A stretch of 64,000 nucleotides of DNA from Bacteroidia bacterium (GCA_020635905.1 JACJYV010000005.1:1133-65132), one strand, 5' to 3'. Numbered from the stretch's first letter, positions 28,929 through 39,471 are shown. Made by a program: numbers and translations. The notes: a model not told the origin generated them from the letters alone.

Positions 28929-29798
28929 TTACTTCATTGCCATCGCAGGCTGACCGCAAACCGTGGTCATGCCCATGCCTTCCTCCACCAGGGTGACTTT
29001 GCGTTCCACAGGATTGTAGGGGCTGGGGATCAGGTTGCCGTCTTTGTCGAGGAGTTCCAGCTTGATCGAGACCTCGCCCATGGGCAGGCCCTCAATCGCG
29101 TAGGGCACCCATTTGGTGATCATAAATTCAACTCCGTTGATGGTGGCGCGAACCTTATTTCCATCGGGAGCCAGGTCAGTATTGACGAGGTAGAAATCGA
29201 GCATCAGCTTTTGGGCGTCTTTGCCGGCGTAGGTGCCCTTGGGACGGCTGTAAAACATGTGAGCGGCGCTCAGATCGGCAGGCTCAGCCTGGATATTTTC
29301 ACCCACCGTGAACTGAGTCAGGGAGTAGGTGTTTTTTACACTTTCGTGGTACGAGCGGGAAGGGAAAGCCAAAGCCACATAATGACCGGGTTCGAGTTCC
29401 TGGTCGAATTTATTGACATACTGAGCAATGTAAGGCGCATTATTCAGGATCAGGTGAATGTGCTGACCTTTGTCTGAATTGGAAAGGCCCTTGGTTGCTG
29501 CGTCAGCGGTTTGGGCGCCCAGTTCGTAGCCTTCCACATTGAAATTGAAGGTGGTGGTGCCTGGCTCCAGCACAGCTCCATCTGTGGGAGCAGCTATGGA
29601 AATCTTAGCCCCGGGATACTGGGGAGAATCTTCGAAGGCATAAACTTTGAGACCATCTTTTTCCCAGGAAAGCTGGCTTTCAACCACTACTGCAGCAGTG
29701 TCCTCTCCGTTGCCCTCGTGGCCCTTGCCCTTGGGTTCGCAGGCAGAAAAGAAAGCCAAAGTTGCCGCGAACAGAGAGATTGCGAATAAATTTTTCAT
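28929..29798 (-). CDS. lipoprotein, function unknown
   Basis: Start at MKNLFAISLFAATLAFFSAC (lipobox). The longer annotated start at 29855 is less likely. Confidence 0.55.
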   Translation of the reverse strand: MKNLFAISLFAATLAFFSACEPKGKGHEGNGEDTAAVVVESQLSWEKDGLKVYAFEDSPQYPGAKISIAAPTDGAVLEPGTTTFNFNVEGYELGAQTADAATKGLSNSDKGQHIHLILNNAPYIAQYVNKFDQELEPGHYVALAFPSRSYHESVKNTYSLTQFTVGENIQAEPADLSAAHMFYSRPKGTYAGKDAQKLMLDFYLVNTDLAPDGNKVRATINGVEFMITKWVPYAIEGLPMGEVSIKLELLDKDGNLIPSPYNPVERKVTLVEEGMGMTTVCGQPAMAMK

Positions 29799-30226
29799 TT
29801 CATTTTTATTTATTGCCCCAAATATAACTAAAAAATAAGTTAAGCGCCCATTCAAACGGCGTTTTCACTTGTGTTACCATCCTCCCGCGCAAAGAGTTTA
29901 CAAAATCAATCCTGGAAAAAAGTGCAATGGCCTTTTCAGCAAATAAAATTACGGCGTAATTCTCCAAAAAATCGGCCCGTATGCAACCTCAGCAGGCCAT
30001 TTTCCGTAAGCCTTCAGACAATGATTATCCAATCGCACCATGAACGAGCCTGAACCCTAGCCCTCCTTCCTCTTTTCTCCCGAAATTCTCCCTGTACGAT
30101 CAACGCATGCTTCCGAAGGCATTTTCGGATCGTCTCAATTTGTCTGTTGCGACGTTGCAATTGACTAACAATTTATTCACATTGCTCCTTTTTTAAGGGG
30201 ATTTTACCAATATTAGTAACCCTCTT

Positions 30227-30889
30227 ATGTGGCAAGTAATTCTCGAATCTTTCACTTTATATAACATCATCCCGACAATTTTGCTCGGCGTCGTGCTCCT
30301 GTACTGGCTGGTGTTCCTGATTGGCCTGGCCGATCTGGATTTCCTCCACATAGACTTCGATAGCCATGCAGAGGTAGATCTCCATGCAGACGTGGATGCC
30401 CATGCGGATGTAGACTCTGACGCAGGACATAGCTCGGGCGGTTTGCACGGAGTATTGAGCATTTTCGGACTGGGAAAAGTGCCCCTGATGATCTGGTTCA
30501 GCTTTTTTGCCCTGCTTTTCTGGGGTAGTTCACTGGCCATTAATCATTTCACCCAGGAGTTGGGCGTGCTCATTCACATGCTCTTGCTGATTCCCTTATT
30601 TCTCGTGATCGCCTTTGTTACGAGATTTGTTACTGCGCCTTTTGCAAAATTGTTTAAATCCCTTGATGCAGTAGCCAAACCCCTGGATTTGGTGGGCAAA
30701 ATCGGAATGGTGACAATAGGTTCGTCCTCCACCCGGATGGGACAAGTGGAAGTGAGAATTGATGGTGATGTGATCCGGGTAAATGCTAAAGTTCACGGAA
30801 GCCATCAGATGAAACGCGGCGATGAAGCTGTTATCTTTGAATACGATTCTACAACCAAGCTCTATTACATTACACCCAAAAACTTTTAA
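30227..30889 (+). CDS. NfeD-like (YqiJ/YuaF-type) membrane protein with C-terminal OB-fold
   Basis: N-terminal TM helices, acidic His/Asp-rich loop, and C-terminal beta-rich region (…VRIDGDVIRVNAKVHGSHQMKRGDEAVIFEYD…). Immediately upstream of a flotillin gene, the classical NfeD-SPFH arrangement. Confidence 0.55.
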   Translation: MWQVILESFTLYNIIPTILLGVVLLYWLVFLIGLADLDFLHIDFDSHAEVDLHADVDAHADVDSDAGHSSGGLHGVLSIFGLGKVPLMIWFSFFALLFWGSSLAINHFTQELGVLIHMLLLIPLFLVIAFVTRFVTAPFAKLFKSLDAVAKPLDLVGKIGMVTIGSSSTRMGQVEVRIDGDVIRVNAKVHGSHQMKRGDEAVIFEYDSTTKLYYITPKNF

Positions 30890-30895
30890 CCCATT

Positions 30896-33106
30896 ATGAA
30901 TACACTTGGACTTATTTTGCTTGAAGCTTCGCTTCCTATGATCATTGCGATTGTGGTGGGCGGAGTAATTTTTCTGGCTTTTCTGGTCATTTTAGCCATG
31001 GCAGCCTGGTACAAGAAAGTGCCACAAGGAAAAGCCATGGTCAAGACGGGCGCAGGAGGCACGAACGTTTCTTTTGAAGGGATGTTTGTTTTGCCCGTAT
31101 TCCATCGCCTCGAAATCATGGACATCTCAGTCAAAAACATTGAGATTGCACGGACAGGCAAGGATGGTCTGATCTGTATGGATAACCTGCGTGCAGATAT
31201 CAAAGTGGTTTTCTTCGTGAGAATTAACAAATCCAAAGAAGCGGTAATCGAAGTGGCCCAGTCTATTGGGTGCGAACGAGCTTCGCACGAATCAACCCTG
31301 GTGACCCTATTTGATGCCAAGTTCTCAGAAGCCCTGAAAACTGTGGGTAAGCAGTTCAACTTCGTGGACCTGTATAATGCCCGCGAAAAATTCAAGGAGC
31401 AGATAATTGAAACCATTGGCCGCGACCTCAACGGCTACATCCTCGATGACTGCGCCATTGACTATCTGGAGCAAACGCCCCTGGAATTCCTGAAGGATGA
31501 TAATATTCTGGATTCTGAAGGTATTAAAAAGATTACCGAACTGACGGCTGAACAGCACATTCTGGCCAATAAAATCCGTCGTACGGAAGAGAAAACCATT
31601 ACCCAGCAAAACGTGGAAGCCCAGGAAGCCATTCTGGAGCTGAATCGTCAGTTGGCGGAAAAGGAAGAAAAGCAGAAGCGCGAAATCGCCTCCATCAAGG
31701 CCCGTGAAGAAGCGGAAACCGCTAAAATTCAGTCTGAAGAAAAACTTCGCTCTGAAAAAGCCCGCATCATAACCGAGGAGGAAGTGGCCATTGCAGAGGA
31801 AAATAAAAAGCGCCAGATCATTGTGGCGGCCAAAAATAAGGAGCGCACGGAAGCCGTGGAAACGGAACGGGTGCTTAAGGACAAAGAACTGGAGGTCAAT
31901 GAGCGGGAAAAAGTGGTTTCCCTGGCCCAGATTGACAAGGAAAAATCCGTGGAGGAACAGAAAAAGAACATCCAGGATGTAATTCGCGAACGGGTGATCG
32001 TGGAAAAGGCCGTGGTGGAAGAAGAGGAAAAAATCAAGGATACCCGCGCATTTGCCGAAGCCAACCGTAACAAGTCAGTAGCTCTGACCGATGCGGAAAA
32101 GATCGCCCAGGAAGAACTGATCAAGAAGGTGCAAATGGCTGAAGCCCAGATGCAGGCCTCCCAAATCATTGCCAAACAGAAAATGATTGATGCTGAGGCA
32201 GATCAGAAAGCTGCGGAATTGAAAGCCCAGGCCACCAAAACCCTGGCTGATGCCTCAGCTGCTGAAAAAGCTGCACCTGGTCTGGCCGAAGCCAAAGTGA
32301 TGGAAGCCAAGGCATTTGCCAAACAAAAAGAAGGCGAAAGCGAAGCCAACGTCATGCAGCTCAAGGCCGTGGCCGTGCAAAAAGAAGGCGAAGCAGATGC
32401 CGCCGTCAAATCTGCCCTGGCCGAAGCCCAGAAGAAAGAAGCCGAGGCAGAAGCCTTTGGCATTGACATCAAAGCTGATGCCGACGAAAAAGCGGGTGTG
32501 AAACAAGCCCACGTGCTCCAGGAAAAAATGCTGGCCGAAGCCAAAGGCATCGAGGCCAAGGGCCTCGCAGACGCCAAAAGTGTGGAAGCCAAGGCCCAGG
32601 CTATGCAAAAACTTGACGGAGTGGGCAAAGACCACGAAGAGTTCAAACTCAAACTGGAGCGCGAAACCCAGATCGAACTGGCCCGCATCAACATCCAGAC
32701 TGCGATCGCTGAAGCCCAGGCCAAAGTGCTGGCTGAAGCCCTCAAATCGGCCAAAATCGACATTGTGGGTGGCGAAAGCACCTTCTTCGACAAAATCGTG
32801 GGTGCAGTTACCCAGGGCAAAACCATTGATTCCCTGGTCGGCAGCAGCAATGTTCTGACCGACATCAAGGAAAACCTGCTCGACACCGAAGGTGGCGGCA
32901 ATCTGGTGGACAAGGTCAAAAGCATTATTGGCAGCCTGGGCCTGACCTCCGAGGACGTGAAAAACCTCAGCGTGGCTTCCCTGATCATGAAACTGAGCAG
33001 CAATACCAGCGACACAGGTTTGCAAAAAACCCTGACCGAATTGCTGAATAAAGTCTGGTCAGCCGGCGTAGCCAACCTGCCTGCGGCAAAAGTTTTAGGC
33101 CTGTAG
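30896..33106 (+). CDS. flotillin-family SPFH (band 7) protein with extended A/E/K-rich coiled-coil
   Basis: N-terminal TM anchor plus SPFH core (…KTGAGGTNVSFEGMFVLPVFHRLEIMDISVKNIEIARTGKDGLICMDNLRADIKVVFFVRI…). Long EA-repeat coiled coil as in FloT/YqiK. 736 aa. Confidence 0.7.
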   Translation: MNTLGLILLEASLPMIIAIVVGGVIFLAFLVILAMAAWYKKVPQGKAMVKTGAGGTNVSFEGMFVLPVFHRLEIMDISVKNIEIARTGKDGLICMDNLRADIKVVFFVRINKSKEAVIEVAQSIGCERASHESTLVTLFDAKFSEALKTVGKQFNFVDLYNAREKFKEQIIETIGRDLNGYILDDCAIDYLEQTPLEFLKDDNILDSEGIKKITELTAEQHILANKIRRTEEKTITQQNVEAQEAILELNRQLAEKEEKQKREIASIKAREEAETAKIQSEEKLRSEKARIITEEEVAIAEENKKRQIIVAAKNKERTEAVETERVLKDKELEVNEREKVVSLAQIDKEKSVEEQKKNIQDVIRERVIVEKAVVEEEEKIKDTRAFAEANRNKSVALTDAEKIAQEELIKKVQMAEAQMQASQIIAKQKMIDAEADQKAAELKAQATKTLADASAAEKAAPGLAEAKVMEAKAFAKQKEGESEANVMQLKAVAVQKEGEADAAVKSALAEAQKKEAEAEAFGIDIKADADEKAGVKQAHVLQEKMLAEAKGIEAKGLADAKSVEAKAQAMQKLDGVGKDHEEFKLKLERETQIELARINIQTAIAEAQAKVLAEALKSAKIDIVGGESTFFDKIVGAVTQGKTIDSLVGSSNVLTDIKENLLDTEGGGNLVDKVKSIIGSLGLTSEDVKNLSVASLIMKLSSNTSDTGLQKTLTELLNKVWSAGVANLPAAKVLGL

Positions 33107-33296
33107 GAAGCGAAGTTCAAACACAGAGACACAGAGCCCACATCACGTGTCAAGAGAAGATTGACACAAAAAGGCATCAGTTTTTTAGCCAAAAATAATG
33201 CTGATGTGGGCTTTGTGATCTTTGTGGGCTTTGTGTTAATTCTCCTTACCCCGTCAACTGTCTCTGTGCCTCTGTGTTTAAATCTTAACCACCACC

Positions 33297-36200
33297 ATGG
33301 ACTCTGATCCCAATAATATTCGCCTCGAAGAAGGTACCTACGAAATCATTCGCAATCGCCTTGCGAAGCAACGCGACGAGTTGCAAGGCCGCCTGGAAAA
33401 GCTGAATACAGCCCGCATGGACGTATTTGGGGCGATCAAAACCGAGCTGATTTCAAACGCCAGGATAACCACCGAGCACAATTGCATTCCCCGCGACATC
33501 ATCGAATTCAACGGACATTGCATCTTTGGCTACAACGTGCACATGGGCCTGAAATCGGGCACTGCCTTACGGGATGTATTCACCATTTACGACTATAAAG
33601 ACCATAATTTTCAGGAAGTCAGCCTTGATCTGATCACGGATCCGCGTTTCGAGGAGGATTTTGCCAACCTCTACCGTTACTACAAAAACACGATTTTTTC
33701 CAAATTCGCCATCATCGGGCCCCATCTGTACATGGCTTTTCAGATCGGGCGCACTGTGGAAGACCTCAAGGTTTTCAAATGGTTGATTCAGGGGGATCAA
33801 CTCAAATACATTGACGATCGCTCGGCCCACGAATTTGTCATGCCTGAACGGCATGAATTCAGCTGGAAACGGGCCCACCGCGGCATGCACCGCGAAGGCA
33901 AACACCCCCACATTTCCATTGACGACCGCATATTCGTGGAAACCATTGGTGGTGATCTTACCATCAAGATTGAGGATAACACAGAAACGGGGCAGGGAAT
34001 TTATTCTGAACCCGTCTCCATCAAAGACCAGACCCTGGACGATGCCGAGATTCTGTATGCCGACCTGGGGAATATCATTCTCCTGAAAATCAAACCCTTT
34101 CAGGAAAAGAAGCACCGTTACCTCGCTTTCAACGACAAGGTGAAAGAAGTGCGGCGCATCGACGCCATAGAGGATTCCTGCGTGCTCCTTCCCGACGACC
34201 ATGGTATCATTTTTTCCAATGGCTATTACCTGCAAACGGGCGAATTCAAGCTGTTTGAACTCGCTTTTTCAGAAATGCACTTCGAACGGCGCATGCCCTC
34301 ACCCAACGGCGAGGACCACCTCTTCGTGTTCTACAATGCAGAACAGGGGCTATACATTCTCCTCAGTTACAACGTGATACGCCAGGAAGTTTTGACCCCC
34401 ATCATTTGCCACGGGTTCTGCACTTTTGACAATGGGGAACTTTCCTATTTCCGCGCCGAGGACAAACCCCAGAAGCACCACGTGGTACAAATCTGGCAGA
34501 CGCCCTATGCAGGCAATGATTTCGAATTTCCCGTTGACACCCAATCCCGCCTGTATAAAATTGGGAATAAGGACATTGTGAAGGCCATGGCCGAAAGCCA
34601 CGAAGTGATCAATCTCCTGAATAAAGAAGATTCCTATGCGAATCTCTACCACGATCTGGTCAAAAAAACGGGCGATATCCTTGACGCCTACTACTGGCTG
34701 GCTGAAAAAGATACTTTTGAGTTGAATGTGGCGCTGCAGGCCATCCGCGAATCTGCCTCCTCGGCCATCAGCGAGTACGAAAAAGTAGAGCAAATCCGCA
34801 AAAACACCCGTGAACAGTCAGATTTGGTATCAAGTAAAGCCAAAGAACTGCTCAAAAAGGTCAATCGCGGCATATTTGACACCATCAATCAGTATGTGGA
34901 GGCGTTGGCTGAATTGCGGGGCGTACGCGGCGAAGTGATTTCCCTGCGGGAATTGCGCTACGTCAACCTGGAAATGGTGGCGGAATTCGAAAAAGAGCTG
35001 GCCGGACAGTCGGATAAATTGTCTCAGAAATGCGTGGAATTTTTGCTGGGAGAAAATTCCCTCAAACCCTACGAAGCCAAACTGGCTGAGGCCAAAGGAG
35101 AGCTCGGCAAAGTAAGCAAGGCCACGGAAGCGGATAAATTATTCGCCAGGATGGAGGAAATTTCGGGCGAACTGGAAATGCTGATCGAGATCGTTTCCAA
35201 CCTGAAAATCGAAGATTCCACCCAGACCACCCGCATCATTGACGCCATTTCGGCCATCTATTCTCAGCTGAACCAGGAAAAAGCCGCGTTAAGAAATAAG
35301 CGCAAAGACCTGCTGGGAACGGAAAAAATCGCCGAATTCAACGCTCAATTGCGCCTCCTCAACCAGGCCACCACCAATTACCTCGACATCAGCGAGACTC
35401 CTGCCAAATGCGACGAATACCTGACCAAGCTGCTGGTGCAGGTAGAGGAACTGGAAGGAAAATTTGTTGATTTTGAGGAATTTATCACCCAGCTTTCTGA
35501 CAAACGGGAGGAAATCTATAATGCCTTCGAGTCGAAGAAAGTGCAACTTTCTGAAGCCCGCAACAAGAGGGCCCTGGCCCTGGAATCGGCCGCAGACCGG
35601 GTTCTGAATGGGATTCGCTCCCGCGCGGCCTCCATGAAGGATGTCAATGAGATCAACGCTTACTTTGCCTCTGACCTCATGGTGGACAAGGTTCGCAACC
35701 TGGTGGATCAATTGGTGGCCCTGGAAGACACGGTCAAAGCAGATGAAATTCAATCCCGGCTCAAAACCCTCAAAGAGGATGCCGTTCGCCAGCTCAAGGA
35801 CAAGCAGGACCTTTTTGTGGAAGGGGAAAATGTGATCAAACTGGGCCGCCACAACTTTTTTGTGAATACCCAGCCCCTCGACCTGACCGTGATTCCGCGG
35901 GAAAATGAGATGTATTATCACCTCACGGGAACCAATTTTTTCGAAAAAATTACCGATCCTGCCTTCCTGGCTACGCGCGAAGCCTGGAATCAGCAAATGA
36001 TTTCGGAAAATCAAGCCGTTTACCGGGCTGAATACCTGGCTTATGCCTTGTTTACCCAGCTTTCAGATCAGGGCGGGCTGGATATAGACGACCTCTTGGG
36101 CCTTCCGCTGGAAGGTCTGGAAGATCTGGTGCGCAAGGCCATGGCGCCCCGTTACGGGGAAGGCTACACCAAAGGTGTGCACGACCACGACACGGCTTTG

Positions 36201-38183
36201 ATTCTCAAAGCTTTGGTTGACATTCACTCCCGCATCGACCTGCTCCGTTTTGGATCAAAGGAACGGGCCTGCGCGGCCTTGTACTGGCAAAAATTCGCGG
36301 ATGAAAAGCGCAAAATCAATTTGTCTCACCGCCTCAAAGGCATAGGCTATATTTTGCAGGCCTTTCCCAATTCCAAAGAATTTGGAGCCCTGATCGCAGA
36401 CCTGCAGGCAGAGGTTAAAACCTTCATAGAGGAAACTAAGTTATTTAAATTGGTTTCCTGCAACGAAGCTGGAGAATATCTCTTCCATGAATTGTCCCGC
36501 GGAGACGCCTTTGTCATATCCCTGGAAGCAGCTGAAATTGTCCGTGAATTTGAAGCTTACTTAAAGAAAAATAAACTCCAAAAAACTTTTGAAGATTCCC
36601 TGAAAGGCATTACAGATCAGCCTGTGGACAGTTTTGAGCTGGTTTCCAACTGGATTTCGGCCTTTGTGCACCAAACGGGAACAGGTTCAGATGAATACAT
36701 CGCTGAAGCTGCCGTTCTGATTTATACCAACGGTTTGCAATCAGGACGGTTAGTGGAAACCAAAATTTCAGAATCAGTTTCCGGTTTACGGGGTGAACAT
36801 GCCTTAATCAAAGAAGGGAATTACGAATTGAGGTATAATGAATTCATCCGCAGACTGGGGCATTTTACGGGCGAAACGGCACCCCGCTACCAGGCATTTC
36901 TGGACCTCAAAAAACGTCTTACGGATGAGTTCCGTCATGAACTGCGGCTGGAAGAATTCCGTCCGCGGGTCATGTCGAGCTTTGTGCGGAACCGCCTGAT
37001 AGACGAAGTCTATCTGCCGCTGGTAGGCGACAACCTGGCCAAGCAGATCGGGGTGGCAGGCGAGGCCAAACGCACGGATCTCATGGGGCTGCTCCTCTTG
37101 ATTTCTCCTCCTGGCTATGGCAAAACTACCCTGATGGAATACCTGGCCAACCGTCTGGGGCTTATTTTCATGAAAATCAACGGCCCCGCTATCGGCCATC
37201 GGGTGACTTCCCTGGATCCGGGCGAAGCCCCCAACCTGAGCGCCCGTCAGGAACTCAACAAGCTCAATCTGGCCCTTGAGATGGGCAATAACGTAATGCT
37301 GTATCTGGATGATATTCAGCATTGTAACCCAGAATTTCTGCAAAAATTCATTTCCCTGTGTGATGCCCAGCGCAAAATCGAGGGGGTCTATAAAGGGCGC
37401 AGCCGTACCTATGACCTGCGCGGCAAAAAGGTGGCCGTGGTCATGGCCGGCAACCCTTATACAGAATCGGGCGACAAATTTCAGGTGCCCGACATGCTTG
37501 CTAACCGCGCTGACACCTACAACCTGGGCGACATCATCGGCGATACGGAAGAGGCATTCAAACTGAGTTATATCGAAAACTGCCTCACTTCGAATCCCAT
37601 TTTGCAGAAACTCGCGACCAAAAGCCGCAAGGACATCCATTCCTTCATTCGCCTGGCCCGCACAGGCGATCGGGAAGGCCTGGAATTTGAGGCGGGTTAC
37701 TCTCCCGAGGAGATCAACGAGTTTGTTTCCGTTTTGGGCAAACTGCTCCAGGTGCGCGACATCATCCTGAAGGTCAACCTGCAGTACATTGCCTCTGCGG
37801 CCCAGGCCGACGAATATCGCACAGAACCTCCCTTCCAGTTGCAGGGTTCATACCGCGACATGGGCAAGCTGGCGGAAAAAATCGTGCCCATCATGAACGA
37901 TGCCGAACTTAAGACCTTGGTGCTCTCGCATTATGAAAACGAAAGCCAGACCCTGACCAGCGGAGCGGAAGCCAACCTGCTCAAATTCAAGGAATTGATT
38001 GGCTGGGCCACGCCTGAAGACACAGCCCGCTGGACGAATATCAAGAAAACGTTCGTGAAGAATAACGCAGTCAAAGGGCTGGGTGGCGACCGCATGGGGC
38101 AGGCCATTGCCCAGCTGGGCGCCTTTGGACAGAGTCTTGAAAGCATCAAGGAGGCCCTGGAAAAGGGATTGGGGAAGGGGTGA
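33297..38183 (+). CDS. very large (1628 aa) protein with C-terminal AAA_5 (MoxR/dynein-like) ATPase domain
   Basis: Walker A LLLISPPGYGKTTLMEYL. Walker B with downstream helix NVMLYLDDIQHCNPEFLQKFISLCD, matching the hhhDEiN.a.p.v...L..ll pattern of AAA_5. Beta-rich N-region and about 350-aa coiled-coil middle. No other domain recognised. Confidence 0.6.
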   Translation: MDSDPNNIRLEEGTYEIIRNRLAKQRDELQGRLEKLNTARMDVFGAIKTELISNARITTEHNCIPRDIIEFNGHCIFGYNVHMGLKSGTALRDVFTIYDYKDHNFQEVSLDLITDPRFEEDFANLYRYYKNTIFSKFAIIGPHLYMAFQIGRTVEDLKVFKWLIQGDQLKYIDDRSAHEFVMPERHEFSWKRAHRGMHREGKHPHISIDDRIFVETIGGDLTIKIEDNTETGQGIYSEPVSIKDQTLDDAEILYADLGNIILLKIKPFQEKKHRYLAFNDKVKEVRRIDAIEDSCVLLPDDHGIIFSNGYYLQTGEFKLFELAFSEMHFERRMPSPNGEDHLFVFYNAEQGLYILLSYNVIRQEVLTPIICHGFCTFDNGELSYFRAEDKPQKHHVVQIWQTPYAGNDFEFPVDTQSRLYKIGNKDIVKAMAESHEVINLLNKEDSYANLYHDLVKKTGDILDAYYWLAEKDTFELNVALQAIRESASSAISEYEKVEQIRKNTREQSDLVSSKAKELLKKVNRGIFDTINQYVEALAELRGVRGEVISLRELRYVNLEMVAEFEKELAGQSDKLSQKCVEFLLGENSLKPYEAKLAEAKGELGKVSKATEADKLFARMEEISGELEMLIEIVSNLKIEDSTQTTRIIDAISAIYSQLNQEKAALRNKRKDLLGTEKIAEFNAQLRLLNQATTNYLDISETPAKCDEYLTKLLVQVEELEGKFVDFEEFITQLSDKREEIYNAFESKKVQLSEARNKRALALESAADRVLNGIRSRAASMKDVNEINAYFASDLMVDKVRNLVDQLVALEDTVKADEIQSRLKTLKEDAVRQLKDKQDLFVEGENVIKLGRHNFFVNTQPLDLTVIPRENEMYYHLTGTNFFEKITDPAFLATREAWNQQMISENQAVYRAEYLAYALFTQLSDQGGLDIDDLLGLPLEGLEDLVRKAMAPRYGEGYTKGVHDHDTALILKALVDIHSRIDLLRFGSKERACAALYWQKFADEKRKINLSHRLKGIGYILQAFPNSKEFGALIADLQAEVKTFIEETKLFKLVSCNEAGEYLFHELSRGDAFVISLEAAEIVREFEAYLKKNKLQKTFEDSLKGITDQPVDSFELVSNWISAFVHQTGTGSDEYIAEAAVLIYTNGLQSGRLVETKISESVSGLRGEHALIKEGNYELRYNEFIRRLGHFTGETAPRYQAFLDLKKRLTDEFRHELRLEEFRPRVMSSFVRNRLIDEVYLPLVGDNLAKQIGVAGEAKRTDLMGLLLLISPPGYGKTTLMEYLANRLGLIFMKINGPAIGHRVTSLDPGEAPNLSARQELNKLNLALEMGNNVMLYLDDIQHCNPEFLQKFISLCDAQRKIEGVYKGRSRTYDLRGKKVAVVMAGNPYTESGDKFQVPDMLANRADTYNLGDIIGDTEEAFKLSYIENCLTSNPILQKLATKSRKDIHSFIRLARTGDREGLEFEAGYSPEEINEFVSVLGKLLQVRDIILKVNLQYIASAAQADEYRTEPPFQLQGSYRDMGKLAEKIVPIMNDAELKTLVLSHYENESQTLTSGAEANLLKFKELIGWATPEDTARWTNIKKTFVKNNAVKGLGGDRMGQAIAQLGAFGQSLESIKEALEKGLGKG

Positions 38184-38226
38184 AGGATAGTTGTAAATAG
38201 ATAAATTTGAAGGTAAATTTGAATTC

Positions 38227-39468
38227 ATGACCGAATCCATTTATATAAGGAATTTTGGAGGATTGAAGGAGATAAATATCCCTTTGAATCGCTTCAATAT
38301 TTTGATTGGAAAGCAAGCCTCTGGAAAGAGTGTATTGGCTAAGGCTGTTTACTTTTTTAAATCATTTTTCCAGGATCTTTTTTCAGATTACAGCTTAGGT
38401 GATAAAGGAAAACCCGTGATGTCAATATGGGAAAATAAGTTTGTTGATTATTTTCCAGAGGAAAGCTGGCCTGAAGATTTTCAATTAAAATATGTTTTAG
38501 GTAATGATTTTATTCTGGTAAAGAAAGAGGGGAAGGATCAGTCCGCGAAAATTACTTTATCAAAAGCTTTTCAAAAGGTGGTAGACTTGTACTTGGAAGG
38601 GATTGAAAAAGAAATTTCCTTCCTGCAAAAAAATGGAGAATTCACCTCTGCTGGTTTTAATTTGAAATCAGAACTTATCTTAAGGCTGGTTACGGAAAAC
38701 CTTCATCCAAACGCATATGGTGCATTTATTTTTATTCCTGCAGGAAGGTCATTTTACTCCATTCTAAACCCATCGATAATTCCCCAAATTTACAATTTTG
38801 ACCCCTTCATTGCTCTTTTTGGAGGACTTTATGAAAGATTTTTGAACAAACCTGGCAAATTCAAGGATACTGCCCTCGAATCTATTTTTGAAACAAAGAT
38901 TTACGAAATTCTTGAAGCAAGACATTTTCGAAAGGATAACATTAACTATTTAATACACTCTGACAACAGAATTACAAAAATTTCTTATTCCTCATCTGGC
39001 CAGCAAGAAGTTCTCCCATTGTCAATTATTTTAAAGGAAACCATGATAACAAAAACAAGGGGGGATTACGGAATGATTTTTATTGAAGAGCCTGAAGCCC
39101 ATTTGTTCCCTGAATCACAAAAGGCAATTGTTGAAATGATTGGGATTGTTTTCAATAATTCTGTGAGTCAACTTTCATTTTTTATTACCACCCACAGTCC
39201 TTACATACTTACCTCATTCAATAATTTGATCCAGGCAGGACTTTCCCGCGAAGCCATTATGGGGGATAACCATGCACTCAATTTGTTATACGAAAAGGTT
39301 TCGCAACATGAAATCCTCATGCCTGGAATTGTAAATGCATTTGCATTACAAAATGGCCATGCCTATGATCTGATTGATCCAGAAACAGGGTTGATAAATT
39401 CAGCCATTTTGGACGAAGTATCTAATGAAATCGCAATTCAATTTGATGAACTTTTGGAGCTTGAGTAA
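38227..39468 (+). CDS. AAA_21/AAA_15-type (ABC/SMC-like) ATPase of the RloA/OLD/abortive-infection kind
   Basis: N-terminus IRNFGGLKEINIPLNRFNILIGKQASGKS (Walker A). C-terminus MIFIEEPEAHLFPESQKAIVEMI (Walker B/D-loop, EPEAHLHP-type). AT-rich (~33% GC) relative to upstream (~53%). Confidence 0.65.
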   Translation: MTESIYIRNFGGLKEINIPLNRFNILIGKQASGKSVLAKAVYFFKSFFQDLFSDYSLGDKGKPVMSIWENKFVDYFPEESWPEDFQLKYVLGNDFILVKKEGKDQSAKITLSKAFQKVVDLYLEGIEKEISFLQKNGEFTSAGFNLKSELILRLVTENLHPNAYGAFIFIPAGRSFYSILNPSIIPQIYNFDPFIALFGGLYERFLNKPGKFKDTALESIFETKIYEILEARHFRKDNINYLIHSDNRITKISYSSSGQQEVLPLSIILKETMITKTRGDYGMIFIEEPEAHLFPESQKAIVEMIGIVFNNSVSQLSFFITTHSPYILTSFNNLIQAGLSREAIMGDNHALNLLYEKVSQHEILMPGIVNAFALQNGHAYDLIDPETGLINSAILDEVSNEIAIQFDELLELE

Positions 39469-39471
39469 GAA

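Noticed and set aside
32203-33192. 329-aa and 256-aa - strand ORFs opposite the flotillin gene
   Set aside because: Antisense of the A/E/K-rich coiled-coil region (GCN-rich codons give Ser/Ala-rich reverse frames). No start context.
33567-37640. - strand ORFs 33567..34235, 35289..36014, 36804..37640
   Set aside because: All lie inside and antisense to the continuous 1628-aa + strand ORF carrying Walker A/B motifs.
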